Positions 1-12,308 of a DNA stretch of 64,000 nucleotides are shown piece by piece. Each line of letters begins with the position of its first letter. The first letter of the stretch is position 1. The translations under genes and the position numbers were made by a program. Below the pieces are notes generated by a model that was not told where the DNA came from, ran no database searches, and saw only the letters and a list, made by a program, of their open reading frames with translations. The DNA comes from Camelus ferus (Eukaryota). The stretch is taken from positions 119,476,001-119,540,000 of the forward strand of contig NC_045696.1 of the NCBI RefSeq assembly GCF_009834535.1, read 5' to 3'.

Positions 1-1192
1 ATGCTTCCCCTCCACACTTGGAGAGCAAAAGAAACAGGGAGAGGAGAACCAAGCCGGACCTGCTGGCCCAGAACCTTGTCAGGACTGACCAGAAGCACGC
101 CCCCTGTTTGGCAGGCAGTCAGCCTCCGTGATCAGCGGGAGGCTTGTTTTGCCCCTGAAGAGACAGCGATTGTCTGCACCGACTGCACTTTCACACCGGG
201 GTGGGGCTGGCGGGTGGGAGGGTCAGTCTGTCGTCCGGATGTGAGGACCTTGGCTCTGGACATGTTCCGGATGTTTTGAGGCTGCTGGGCCAGCAGAGAA
301 GAGCAGGGAGGAAGGAAGATGCTCTTTGACTCGCACATCCCTCCCCCCATGAGCACAGAGCTGTGTGGCTGGTTCCCCTCTGGGTTCTACAACTTGTGGC
401 TGGGTGGGGGAAGGGCAGATAGCTCCCCCCTGCCCTGGCTGCATCTCTCTAGTCCATCTCCAACCCTTCCTCCAACCCCTCCCAGAGAAACTCATCCCTC
501 TTCCTCCATCAGCCAAGGACCAAAAGCCTTTGTGCATAATAACTCAGGGATGCCTGCTGCCTCCCAGAAGTCACAGCCTCTTCGTTGCATAAATCGTTGT
601 TTAGGCTCCTCTGGGACAGCTGTTGTCTTGGAACCCACAGCGTGGTGGAGAGCAGAGCTAATGCGGACACGGATCCCTTCATGGCAACTCCCCAATTAAA
701 TTCACCCCAACCCTAGGAGGATGAGGAGGAAGCAGCAGCCCAAGGAGGTTGAGTAACACTCCTGAGGTTCCCCAGCTGGGAAGCAGGGAGCAGGGATTGA
801 CCCCCCACAGCTGAGTGACTTACTGCCAGACCAAGCTGTGTCCCACTGGTGGGATGAGCCAATGGCCTCTCTGAGCGGCAGTTTTCCGTCTGCCCAGTGG
901 GTTGTTCTGATGTTTGCAGGAGTTAATGTTTGGACAGAGCCTCATATGCTTGGGCTCTCCTCCGTCAAGTCTGTCTGTGAGCCATGATGGAAGGAACATG
1001 CCAGGTAAGAAAAGTTTCCAGGAGGCAGAAGTGGATGAAATTTATCTCCTCTGCCCAGACATCACCTGCCCTCTTTGGACACATTTGATTGGTCAAAAAA
1101 AAAAAAAAAAAATCTACAGCAGCCTCTCACCTCACCGCCCAGAGGCCCAGTGTCACAGAGGGAAACATCAAAGATGGCAATCCCACGAGAGT

Positions 1193-1310
1193 GTGTTGCT
1201 GGAAAATCGGACTCTGCGCCCCGAAAAGCAAATTCAAACTCGGAGACAGTTTTGGGAGGAAAGAAAAGAGCAGCTTTATTGTTTTGCTGGACAAAGGAGA
1301 GTCACAGGGT
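1193..1310 (-). mobile_element. ERV1-type LTR fragment (U5/R end only)
   Basis: Starts TGTTGCTGG and has TTTATT (poly(A) signal on - strand) near 1275. Layout resembles the LTR at 15487. Truncated. Confidence 0.5.
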
Positions 1311-1395
1311 GGACTTCAATAAAAAAAAAAAAAAGAAATAGTGATGTCCTGCTATTTAAGTTGTTTTCAAATTATCAAAAAAATACTAAATTTTT

Positions 1396-1770
1396 AATGG
1401 AAAAGAAACTGAAAAAAATATATGTATATATCTGTATAACTGAATCACTTTGCTGTACACCTGAAACTAACATTGTAAGTTGACCACTCTTGGATAAAAA
1501 AATAAGACTTTGGGAGTGGGGTATGAAGGGACAGACCAGGAGTTCAAAATTTGTAGATACTGACAGGCACATGCAGAATAGATGAACAAGATCATACTGT
1601 ATAGCACAGGGAAACATACACAAGATCTCGTGGTAGCTCACAGCGAAAAAAAAGTGTGACAATGAATATATGTATGTTCATGTATAACTGAAAAATTGTG
1701 CTATACACTGGAATTTGATACAACATTGTAAAATGACTATAACTCAATAAAAAAATGTTTTAAAAAAAGG
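1396..1770 (+). mobile_element. Two adjacent L1 3'-end fragments (cetartiodactyl/camelid type)
   Basis: GTATAACTGAATCACTTTGCTGTACACCTGAAACTAACATTGTAA (1433-1478), then a second L1 3'UTR variant at 1511-1770 ending CAACATTGTAAAATGACTATAACTCAATAAAAAAA. Confidence 0.85.
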
Positions 1771-1849
1771 CTTTAAAAAAAGGACTAAATTTCTGAGACT
1801 ATTAACAACAGCAAAAAAGAACCCCTCTCTCATGCCCCTTTCCCTGTCT

Positions 1850-2700
1850 CCTCCCTAAAGCTAACCTCTATCTTGACTTTTATGGGAATCATTTACTTGC
1901 TTTTCATTATGCTATCATCACCAAAATACGCTGAACACTACAGTTTAGTTTTTCCGAACCTTGAACTTCATAAGGTAATGTCCCAGTGCATACGCTTTCA
2001 TACCCAGGTTCTTTCATTAAACGTTGGGTTTGAGAGTTTCGTCCACGTTGTTGCATGTTGCTGCGGTTCGGTCATTTTCACTGTTGTGCAGTATCTGCAC
2101 TGAGTTGAACAGTGTCTCCCTCCAAATCCAAGTGCACCCAGAACCTCAGGATGTGGCCTTACTTAGACCAGGGTCTTTGGATGTAACCCTTTAAAATGAG
2201 GTCATACTAGATCAAGGCCGAACCTCCTTCCTACGACTGTGTCCTTATAGGAAGAGACAGAGAGGAGGCGGCCACGGGAAGACAGAGGTGGGGACCGGAG
2301 GAAAGCAGCTACAAGCCAAGGAAACCAAAGACTGCAGGCAACCGCCAGAAGCTGTGGGAGAGACACCGGGCAAAACCCCCCTCCGAGCCACCATCTTGAT
2401 TGCGGACGTCCAGGCTCCTGAATTATGAAGAATAAATTTCTGTGATCGTAAGCCACCCAGTTGATGGTCATTTGTTCTGGTGGCCCCAGGAAACCAACAC
2501 AGGATTCCACTGCATAAATCAACCACGATTGGCTTGTAACCATACCACCCTTTCTGATCCATTCTGTAGCTGAGGCAGTTTGCTGAGTTCCAAGTTGGGA
2601 GCCCTGGTGGGTAACACCCTTGTGAACACCGTTGTTCCCATGTCCTGGTGCCGAATGAAGGACATATGTTTCTCTGGATGACATACCTCTGGTGAACCAC
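1850..2700 (-). mobile_element. Old L1M-type 3' remnant interrupted by an MLT1 LTR
   Basis: Degenerate antisense L1M motifs (TTCGTCCACGTTGTTGCATG; ATTCCACTGCATAAATC) resume on both sides of the LTR at 2096-2501. Confidence 0.6.
2096..2501 (+). mobile_element. MaLR MLT1 (B/C-like) solo LTR
   Basis: TG...CA ends; GAACCTCAGGATGTGGCCTTA, ACAAGCCAAGGAA, AATAAATTTCTGT...AAGCCACCCAGTT, GGAAACCAACACA. Confidence 0.85.
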
Positions 2701-3953
2701 GCTGCTTCCTGTGTGGGCACCTTTCGATGGCTGTGGCAGTAGGAACTCCTGGTCCTGGTCGTGAAACACACCCAGATGGAGAAAGAAAGGACAATCTGCA
2801 GAGCCCCACTGCTGATGACTCCCAACCCACCCCCAGCTCTGGCCCAAGCTTCAGAATCAGGAGCCACTCCACCTCTGCTCCCCAAACTCTCCGCACTTCC
2901 ATCCCTGGTCTTGCTGTGGTCCTGACCCCAGCCATCCCCACTGACTTTGGCCTTGTGTCCGTTCCCAGCCAGAGTCCATGCACTCCCTCTCAGTCGCTTT
3001 CTCCCTTTGCTGGTTTACTGGGTTTGGAACTGGACCCTCCTCTGGTCTTTGTGCCCTGGACTCGGCCAGTGCATCTCAGACCCAAAGTCCCTAACAGTGG
3101 GCCCTTCTTGCCAGGAGAAGCTTCTGGAAGTATTTTCTCTGCACTGAGCAAGACATACATTGGTTTTAGAGAATGGCCGCTCCTAAGGACAGTGGGAGGT
3201 TGGGGACAGAGAACACAGGCATCGTGGGCAGGAGAGGTGAGCAGCATTCACAGCAGAAGCAGGGATGCTGGTGCACGTGGCTGCTGCAGCATCTCCCCAC
3301 GGCGGTCACTGGAGAAAAGAATGTGCGTGTCCACCACCAAAGGGCTGAGGTCAACGACTGCCTTCACCCAGGCCCATTCCTCACCATGAGTCACTTCCTA
3401 AACGTCCAGAGCTGTGACTACTGATTGTTTATCCGACATGAACACTGAGCTTGTTTTCACGGCTGCAGTCCAGCCCAAAGCACGCTGCGATGCCTTTTTT
3501 TCTGAGTAACAACACCCTCTTGTTATGAATTGTGTATTTCATTTGGACCCATCTCCAGAGCATTTGTCTTATTCTGTACAACTCGTTCTGGGAAATTGTG
3601 AAAATAGCAATGTTGAGGTGGATAGAATTCTTCCCCCCCCCCTTCTATTTTTAGGGAAATCCTACTGCTGTGATTTCGAAATACACGATGACAAATCTGT
3701 GGTTAACTCCACCCCTCAGTGCTCTCAAGCCAGGAGTTGGATATTTGTTCTGTGAGGATTTCAGCAGCCAATATTCATTCACTGTTGCTCAGAGAAGTTC
3801 TGGGGAGGTGGTGGGTGAGGAGAGTAGAGTTGAGAGCCAAAATGCTTAAGAGCTATGGTAATGCAAAAAAATTTTTTAAGAACTATGACTTTTCAATGAT
3901 GCCAATGTCTTATCTCCCAACTTATAAGTTAATGGGTTGTGGGGGCAGGGGCA

Positions 3954-4600
3954 GGGTACCAGTCAAAGTGTGATTAGGGAAGCAGATGTGATGAGTAATA
4001 TGGAAAAACATTGATTTGCTACAGGGATTAAACCTTGGGTAATGGTGGGAGCTGGGGAAGATGCCGGTGCAGGGCTGTGACCTCTGCATTTGGTGGGGAT
4101 CCATCCTGTGATCACTGCAGGTTTGGTAGGAAAGCTGAATGTGAAGTCGGGGTAGCAAGAGCAAGGATAACTGTAACCGTGGAAATGAACTGCAAGCCCC
4201 AGGGACAGTCCAGAATCCATGGGGAGCACCTGCAACCTGCATCTGTCTCCCACCATCACAACTTCACCCACATGGACTCAGGGACCCTTCGTCATGGAGC
4301 TGCGTGCACACCTGGCCAGGACTTAGAGCAGCTGTAGCGGGAGGTCCAGAGGGAGTGGAGGAGAGGCAGGCCCCGCGGCTGCCCTACACCAGCCAGGTGG
4401 GCATTCAGGTCACTGACCGGCTGCAGCAGCTCCTGGTGCCCTACGCGGACCCTCAGAGTGTGATGGCTGCCGCTTCCCGCCCACCTCCCAAATCTCACCC
4501 AAATTCTTCATCTGGCAACCCCAGCCCAGAAGGCACAGGGAAAGGAATCCTGGGAAATGTGGTTCTGGTAGATGATTTAACACCATTCAGAACCATCCCA
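3954..4600 (-). mobile_element. ERVL MLT2 (MLT2F-like) LTR
   Basis: GTACCAGTCA...ATGAGTAATATGGAA start and GGAAAGGAATCCTGGGAAATGTGGTTC...AACCATCCCA end resemble the recalled MLT2F consensus. Confidence 0.65.
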
Positions 4601-4627
4601 GTGCTGGAGTCAGAAATACCAGGCAGA

Positions 4628-5062
4628 CATTTGCAGCAACATGGGTGGACCTGGAGATCATCCTTCTGAGTGAAGTAAGCCAGAAAGAAAAAGACAAATA
4701 CCATATGAGATCACTTACATGTGGAATCTAAAACAAAACTTAAAAAAGACACAAATGAACTTATTTATGAAACAGAGACAGACTCACAGGTATAGAAAAC
4801 AAACTTTGTGGTTACCAGCAGGGAAAGAGGGTGTGGAGGGATAAATTGGGAGTTTGGGATTTGCAGACACTAACTACTGCAAATATATAAAATAGATAAA
4901 TGACAAGGTCTTACTGTACAGCACAGGGAACGATATTCAATATCTTGTAATAACCCATAATGAAAAAGAATATATATACATATATAAATGAAGCACTATG
5001 CTGTACATCAGAAATCAACACAGCATTGTAAATCAACTATACTTCAATCAAAAAGAAAAGAA
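4628..5062 (+). mobile_element. 5'-truncated L1 with TSD
   Basis: L1 ORF2 end and 3'UTR with A-rich tail. TSD AGAAATACCAGGCAGA (4612-4627) / AGAAATCCCAGGCAGA (5063-5078). Confidence 0.95.
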
Positions 5063-5114
5063 AGAAATCCCAGGCAGATGCTAAGCATGGTGCCCCACTG
5101 GAAGACGCCACTGA

Positions 5115-5300
5115 GCTAACTTGCACATATTCCTTTCTATGTACCAGACACTCTCCTAAGCACTTTATACGTATTCATCCATTTAATCCTCTCAACAGCC
5201 CTGAGAAGTAGCTGCTTTCATTATCCCTATCTCACAGATGAGAAAACAGAGGCATGGAGGGGCTCACAAATCTCGCTGTGACAGGCAAATCCTAGCACAA
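5115..5300 (-). mobile_element. MIR SINE
   Basis: ATTTAATCCTCTCAACAGCCCTGAGAAGTAG...CAGATGAGAAAACAGAGGC, the MIR core in antisense. Confidence 0.85.
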
Positions 5301-5749
5301 GAGCAGGAATGCTGGGCACTCTTTCATTCATCCTTATTTCTCTATGGCTTGCCATTCTTTGTGCCTGAATCTTGTTTTGTTTTACTTTTCCATTTTTAAC
5401 CTAAGTCTCCTTCTCTCTGTGGGACCTGAGTGGCTCTGAATGAATGCATTCTTCTGGTAGGATGGTAGCTCCTCTCTTCCCTGCAAACCATCTGAAAAAG
5501 AAACTTGTAGATTTTATCATCTTGTCTTCCTCCCAAGCTGAAAATCTTCTCATTTTTTCTGTATGCCAGAGTGAAAATCTTTGCATGGGATGAACTTGCC
5601 AGACTATTAACTAGATTCACTTCTGAAGGTCACATAAGGAATTGATTAAGAGCACAGAATTTAGAGCCAGATTTGAATTCCATCTGCACTGGGCACTTGC
5701 TGAATGACCTTGGACAAGTTACAGGCAAGTTGGGCTCTTACTGCTATTT

Positions 5750-6171
5750 GTATCAGTCAGTTATTGCTATGTAACAAATTATCACAAGTAGTGGTTTAAA
5801 CAACAATGATTAATTTTTGCTCCTGTGTCTGAGGGTTGGCTGTGGTTCTGCTAGTCTAGGCTGGCATTACATGAGTGGCTCTGCTTCAAGTTAAAGGTCC
5901 AGCTGGGCTTGGCTCCTCGTAGACTTGGGCTCATGTCTGACCTGTGTGTATTCATCATTTTTTTTTAGTTGTAGTACAGTCAGTTACAATGTATCATTTC
6001 TGGTGTAGAGCACAATGTCCCAGTCATGCATATACATACATATATTCGTTTTCATATTCTTTTTCATTAAAGGTTATTATAAGATATTGAATATAGTTCC
6101 CTGTGCTGTACAGTAGAAACTTATTTTATATATATAAATATAAAATATAAATATATATATATAATATATTT

Positions 6172-6221
<50 letters not shown>

Positions 6222-6480
6222 GTGGCTAACATTTGCTGATAGGAGGTGGCAACTACCCGGGACAAGCTCTTCTCATGGTGCTGGGAGAGGTACAAGAGAC
6301 ACAAGGAGACTCAGGTACCACCCCTTAAGACTAAGCTCAAATCTGTCATAGCATCACTTCCACCATGTTCCATTGGCCAAATCACAAGTCCAGGACGGGG
6401 AAGGACAAAGATGCCTGGCAAATATAGATGGCAGAGGTTGTACACAGAGGGAGGGGGAAGAATTGGAGCCATTTACATTG
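5750..6480 (-). mobile_element. MLT1 (H-like) LTR split by an L1 3' fragment
   Basis: TGTATCAGTCAGTTATTGCTATGTAACAAA start; CATCACTTCCACCATGTTCCATTGGCCAAA and GGGGAAGAATTGGAGCCA after the L1. Confidence 0.8.
5957..6236 (-). mobile_element. L1 3'-end fragment containing a compound (TA)n(CA)n(TA)n microsatellite
   Basis: T-tract plus GTAGTACAGTCAGTTACAATG...GAATATAGTTCCCTGTGCTGTACAGTAG; microsatellite at ~6127-6221. Confidence 0.9.
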
Positions 6481-7654
6481 TGTAATAATCCCGATATTAT
6501 TAAAAAGCCAACAACTATCCTTAGGTTCTCCCTTAAATACATTTCTAGATCTCAGAAGTTAAACTTTCAGGAGAAAAGCAGAAGCGAGTGGATATTTCAG
6601 CTTTGGACAGTTGACAACATCTGAAGGAGAATTTTAGACATGTTTCTCTGCTCTCTGCCCAGCGCCACTAGGTCAAATCCTGTCCCATAATATCCATCCT
6701 ACGCCTCTGTGATGCACAGGCATAGGTCCCTTGATTGATGTCACCTACAGATCAGCATCAATTCCATGCCTCCAGTGTGATGAGGGGTACTTGCAGCCTG
6801 ACCTAGGAGACAGAGTCCATTCCAGGTTTTCACCATCTCCCATCTCCTTTCTAAACATCTCCCAACGACATTTTATCCCCCACGTGTAGAAGTCTGACCA
6901 CGATTCTCAAGGAGTTAAGGGACAGATTGTGCCTCTAGGGGGAAAAGTCTGCTCCAACCTTGTGACTCAGGTATGTCAGAAGCATACTTGAATTTCCTTG
7001 CTTCTAAGTGTCTGCACCCTGTAGCTTATTATTTATTTGTTAATGTGTTATTTGTTAAAAAAAAATTTTGTGCCATTGGTGGGGAGTGTCATTTACTCTC
7101 TTGGGTGAGCTTTATACATTTTTTTTTCTTCAAGGAGAAAAATTAAAATCATTTTTTGGAGCTGAATTAACATTGGTCAGCTGAGTTCCCCGTAACTGGG
7201 GCATCCCTCCCTCAGAAGAATATTTTCCTTGCAGAAATGTTAACAACAACAATAGCATCAAATCAAAACCACATCCCATTACCGACTCGGCAGGACACTA
7301 CAAACTCCTTGAGGAAAACCAGTCCTGCTGTCCTCACATTTAAGTACGCACAAGGCCTGGCATAGCTGGAATTCAAACTATCTTTGTTAATTACATGAGT
7401 AAATTCCAAACCGCTGGGACTCAGCGTCCCTGTGGCAACAGTTCTGAAAACAAGAACGCTGCCACGTTGAATCACTGTGGATGTGGGAGTTATTTTATAG
7501 GGAAGGATCAATTCTAGGCACAATTATGACACAGGCAAGTCTCTTCAGATTTCAGAGTCTCAACTCTATACTCCCTCACTCTCAAAGCGAGCGCTGCTGC
7601 CCCACATTTCTCTGGGTTCTTCCCAGGGTGCAAAAATGGAAATAGGGTTTAGGA

Positions 7655-8770
7655 CTATTTGTTTATTTTTTATTCACAATGATTTATCCAGCATCTATTA
7701 TAAGTCAGGTACTATGTGGGTTTTAGGGACTAAAAAGTCAAATACAGCATGGTCACTGCCCTGAGGGATTTCACAGTTTAATGGGGGATATATACATGTA
7801 AACATAAGATTAGTACACAGCATGGTACACTCCCAAATGCTGCGGGAATCCAGAGGAGGTACCCACAGTCCTTCCTGGAAGAGGTGACATCTGAGCTGCT
7901 CCTTGGTGGACAAATAAGAGCTTGGGGTGGGGCGCGGTTCCAGTAGAAAGAACAGCATGTCCAAGGACCCAGGCTGGAGAGCAGTGAACATTCTTGAAAC
8001 ACCATGGAGTTCAACATGACTGGGGAAAAGAGGGTGAGTCCGGGTGTGGCCGAGTTGTAGCCAGAGAGGGAAACAGAGCTGGATGGTGCTGCACCTCTTG
8101 AACTGTGTGAATGAAAAATACTGCAGCCGTATCAGTAAACAGAGGATGCTGTGGCCAGCAAGTCATCAGCCGCTACCGCCGCCTCCTGACAGTGGGGGAC
8201 GGGGAGGGGGAGGGCGGACTCAGGATGGAGACAAGCAGGCAGCCCAGCCTCTGCTGCCACCCCCAGCGGTGTCCCCTGAGGGGACTCAGGATGAGAGAGA
8301 ACAGGACACTGGCCCTAGATAGCTAAGGTGCATATCAAAGGAATGATTTCAATGAGCCCAGACCTTTGTACCTTCCATACATAGAAAAGTGCTAAGTTCC
8401 TTAACTTGAGATGTCTGATTTTAACAGTAATCTTTGGATGTTCTGACTACCTGGTCTTTGAGGGGCAAAACTCCCATATATCCTGGCTCCTCCCCTGCCT
8501 CTTTGGAACAGTCTCTTAGAGCGATCTGAGAGGCTGCCTGCCCGGTTCAAGTCCTCAGAAAGCTTGCCGAATAAAATATAACTTCCAGGTTGTGCATTTT
8601 TCACTCAAAATGTGTCTTGTAAAGAGTTGATTTATCCTGAGGGCAATGCGGAGTCACTGAAAGTTTGGAAACAGGAAAATGACCTGATTGGATTTGTGGT
8701 TTAAAGAGATACAGACACAAATAAGGGAGACCAGTTGTGAGACCATCACAATTATCCAGGAAGAGATGCC
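7655..8770 (-). mobile_element. L2 LINE remnant split by an ERV1 LTR
   Basis: Antisense L2 motifs (CTTCCTGGAAGAGGTGACATCTGAGCTG; AACAGCATGTCCAAGGACCC; GATTTATCCTGAGGGCAATG) on both sides of 8108-8610. Confidence 0.8.
8108..8610 (+). mobile_element. ERV1-class solo LTR
   Basis: Flanked by 4-bp TSD TGTG (8104-8107 / 8611-8614). Internal duplicated GGACTCAGGATG unit; AATAAA at 8570-8575. Confidence 0.85.
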
Positions 8771-9599
8771 GGCCTGGCCCAGAGGCCCCTGCTCGGGGAC
8801 AGGCCAGCTGTGACACGGGATGTGCCCCTCCGATGCCCTGCACAAGCTCTGGCCTCCGTGACTTGAACACATTACAAGCTTTGGCTGCTCTATTCGCACT
8901 TGACTTGAGTTTCCTTCTTTGGTGATCATCTCATCCAGCCAAGTTTCGAGTTTACAGCCTAAGACTTTTGATGGCTTTTCAGGACATATTTTTCAGACTT
9001 TTTATTTCTTTTTAAATGGAACACTGTGGGGGTTTTTTCACGCTTGAAACCCAAGATGGCATGAATGACTTAGTTCAAACTTCTTCCAAAATATTGACTT
9101 TGGAGAAAGACCAAATATCTGAAGCTCAATAACAGGTTGGACATTTGTGTTGTTTCTTCTCAAAAAAAGGGGGGGGAGGGAATAGTGTGAGTAAAGGAAA
9201 GAGAAGAAAGTAAGGAGGAGGGGAAAGAGAACAAAGGTTTCTCATTTCATCATGTGAAGAATTAGCATCTGAAGAATAAAATCATATCCATGTGAACTTC
9301 TCTGAGTCTACAGAAAACAAAAGCATCAAATTCTGAGCCCTCAGATCAAAATGTCAGAAGCAAGGGCAAAGCACAGCTGAGTAGGGAGGGCGGAATCAAA
9401 GGAATAGAAGAAAAAAGGTGTCCTGTTCTGGGGAACAAGGTGTTCAGGACCCCAGAGCAACTGTTGGCTGAAATAGTGGACACAGTCCAATTTCCTTGGA
9501 GTCTGACCTCACCCCCAGGCACACACCTCTATCCACCATGCTCCTGCCCCGCTGACCAAACCTACCAGAGCTCTCACGCAAGGGTGTCTGCACCAACTC

Positions 9600-9950
9600 A
9601 TCCCAACGCCAATAAGATTCCACCCCCAGATCTTCTCGCAGCTGATTTGTTTAGAGCTTTAAAGCCCTGGTTACGATGCATCTTCAAAGACGTCTTTCTG
9701 GACCACGCCATCTAAAGTAGCCTCACACCCTTCTCCCTCATCTTTCTCTGTCAAATCACCAGATTCCTCTCTTCATAACACTTACAGCATCTGAAATTAC
9801 CTTATTCACTTATGTGTTTCTGTTATTTATTCCTCACTTGAGTGGAAACCCCACATGGGCAGGAACCTTATCTGTCTACGCACCACTAGGGTCCCCAGAG
9901 CCCGGCACGCAGTCTGACACACAATCAGTGCCCATGGTTTGTTCGGCTGA
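9600..9950 (+). mobile_element. L2 3' end
   Basis: CTTTCTGGACCACGCCATCTAAAGTAGC...TCCCCAGAGCCCGGCACGCAGTCTGACACA. Confidence 0.75.
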
Positions 9951-10614
9951 GCATCCCCCTTCCTTCCTCACACGTCAAAAGCACCTCACACCATCAGGGC
10001 AAGAGCCCTGAAAGCCTTCATGGCAGAAGACTTTGTGGGGAGGGACCCGTGATGTCTCTGGCAACTTGACCCAAGTCTTAGAAGCCATCTGCATTGATGA
10101 ATAGTGACATTCCCTAAAAACAGAACAAAAACTGTTCCCCAAATAACGGCAAAACAAGAACACTTTGTTCCCCTCTAATTAATGTACTTTCCATTCACAC
10201 TCGAGGACAGTGAAGATGAGTCAAGTAATTTCTGCTCACTGGAAACTTCCCTCCGCAGCTTACCACCTGCCCTCCCACCACCATTGACACATACATTTTA
10301 AAGTAACACTTTTAAAATGTTTGGCTTTGCTGATGATATGTCAAAGCCACATGCGTATTTTTCTACGTCTGGTCCTCTAAACAAACGTTCGAGGCATTTT
10401 AGCCACTAGATCCTATAGACAGAGCATCTGAAGTCCAAAGGCTTTGAATGCCTTCAAAAATGTCTGGGACTCGGAAAAAAATGGTACTGTCTCTCAGACA
10501 GAATAAATACAATTCAATAAATGTTTAAGTTACACGCATATGGAAATTAACATGATGTCTGCTTGTCCGCGGTACTGGGTTCATGTACTTCCCAGAGTGG
10601 AGACGGCGGAAGTA

Positions 10615-10802
10615 CAGTTGACCCTTGAACAACAGGGTCTGAAACACACACGTCCACTTATGAATGGAGATTTTTCAATAGTAGATTCTACAGTACTATA
10701 GTCCGTGGTTGGTTGAGTCCGCAGATGCGTAGGAACGGTGGATATAGGGGGAAGACTATAATTATACACTAGTTAGCCCCCACTTGGTTCAAGGGTTGAC
10801 TG
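10615..10802. mobile_element. Tigger2-type (TcMar) MITE
   Basis: TIRs CAGTTGACCCTTGAACAA / TTGGTTCAAGGGTTGACTG with TA TSD (10613-14, 10803-04). Confidence 0.92.
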
Positions 10803-10889
10803 TACCTTTTAGTATCTTTGGGGTGGTGAGGGTGCTGTCAAAGGCAGTGTACCAAGCCCTGCTGAGCATCGTAAAATAACTCTCACACT

Positions 10890-11332
10890 ATGTGATGTCC
10901 CTAAGCCATGGCACGCTGGGAACTTACAACCTTCAGCTCCTCTCCGAAGGACCCAGATAATAGTATCTCATGTATATTTCCTGAGTTTATCCGATGCTTA
11001 AAATTACCATCAAAGGGAAGAAATTAACTACTTGATAATTGAGAACTCGTGGCCCCCAGACCTTCTGGCGCCTAGGGGTTGATAGTGTTGACCGTTCTGT
11101 TCCCTCATCATCAACCAATCAGAGGATTGTGCACTAGCTGATCACTTACCTGCAACCTCCCTCCCTCACCTGGCCTTTAAATATGCTTTGCTAAAATCCT
11201 TCAAGGAGTTTAGGGTTTTTCTTGGGCATTAGCCATCCCATCCTCCTGCAATAAATGCTTCTTTGCTCCAAACTTCGATGCTTCAGTTTGGCCTCATTGT
11301 AGGGTGGGCACACGAACTTGCCTTTGGTAACA
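10890..11332 (+). mobile_element. ERV1-type solo LTR (5' boundary uncertain)
   Basis: CCAAT (11115), TATA-like TTTAAATA (~11176), AATAAA (11250-55) and terminal TTTGGTAACA. Confidence 0.75.
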
Positions 11333-12168
11333 AACTGACCTGGCGCCACCCACCTGTGAACTCACTTGTAGGTGGAATCCTTGCCACGCTGACCAGTTCT
11401 CGAGAAGTGAATGAGTGTGTCCCTGATTTTCCAGTTAAGGCTTAGCACAGGATCCGTGACTCGGAGTCCAGTTCCAGTCTCAAGTACACCAAGTACGCCG
11501 CGTCCCCCTTCTCCCGTAACTACACTTGTCAGACCCCTTGTCCTTGCTTTGGGTCAGAAAACACGGCTGAGTAGAGAGGACGGGACTCAGGATGACAGGG
11601 AAGGAAGAGAGAAGTGAAGGGGGCCTCTCAGGGGCAAGGTTCCCCAGACTGCCTCTCTCACCCCCGCTCCCGCCTCCACGTTTCCCAGTTAAAGCGGCAC
11701 TGGGGGATTAAGGACCCATCAAGAGAGTCTTCAGGAGGTCTTGGAACTGGATTAGGAAGGAGGTGAGGAAGGGAGGATGGCGCCTGGGGGGAGGGTGCAG
11801 AGGTTACAGAGGAGGGAGGGGGAGGGTACTTACTAGGGGACTTCCTGGGGCGAGGAGTCCCTCAGAGGTGGGCTTCGAACCTCCGTGTGCAGGACATCAC
11901 CTTCCATCCAAAGTCTCTCCAAGACTCCCTGCCAGACAGGAGTTCCACACTGGAGCTCCAGGGTCCTGGTGGTGCCGGACATCTTCCCTAGGTGCTTCGT
12001 ATTGTGCAGACAATCAAAGAACGTGGGGGTTTGTACCGAACCTAACACAGCTCAGAATCCGGGGCTTGTAAATAAGGAGTTGTGTGTCCTCACGTTCTCG
12101 GAGAGCTTTTCTTCCACGGGCTGTTGTTCCAGACCATCACCAAATGAAGAGAAGTCAGCCTATTTTTA

Positions 12169-12308
12169 TTTTTTTTAAACTCTTTTTAAAAAAACAATTT
12201 TATGTTTTAAAAAAATGTGGGGGGGATAGATAATTAGGTTTATCTTTATTTATTTATTTTTCGTTCATGCTAAGCACATGCTCTACCACGGAGCTACACC
12301 CTCCCCCT
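12169..12308 (-). mobile_element. Camelid tRNA-Ala-derived SINE (Vic-1-like), internally deleted
   Basis: CATGCTAAGCACATGCTCTACCACGGAGCTACACCCTCCCCC head and TAATTAGGTTTAT body. TSD TCAGCCTATTTTTA (12155-68) / TCAGCCCGTTTTTA (12309-22). Confidence 0.88.

Noticed and set aside
2202..3389. Overlapping 150-227 aa ORFs
   Set aside because: They overlap MLT1/L1M remnants and each other on both strands, with no recognisable protein motifs; chance ORFs.
11333..11360. Possible primer-binding site (TGGCGCC) after the LTR, implying a provirus
   Set aside because: It is offset 8 nt from the LTR end, similarity to a tRNA-Lys PBS stops after 7 nt, and no gag/pol or second LTR follows.
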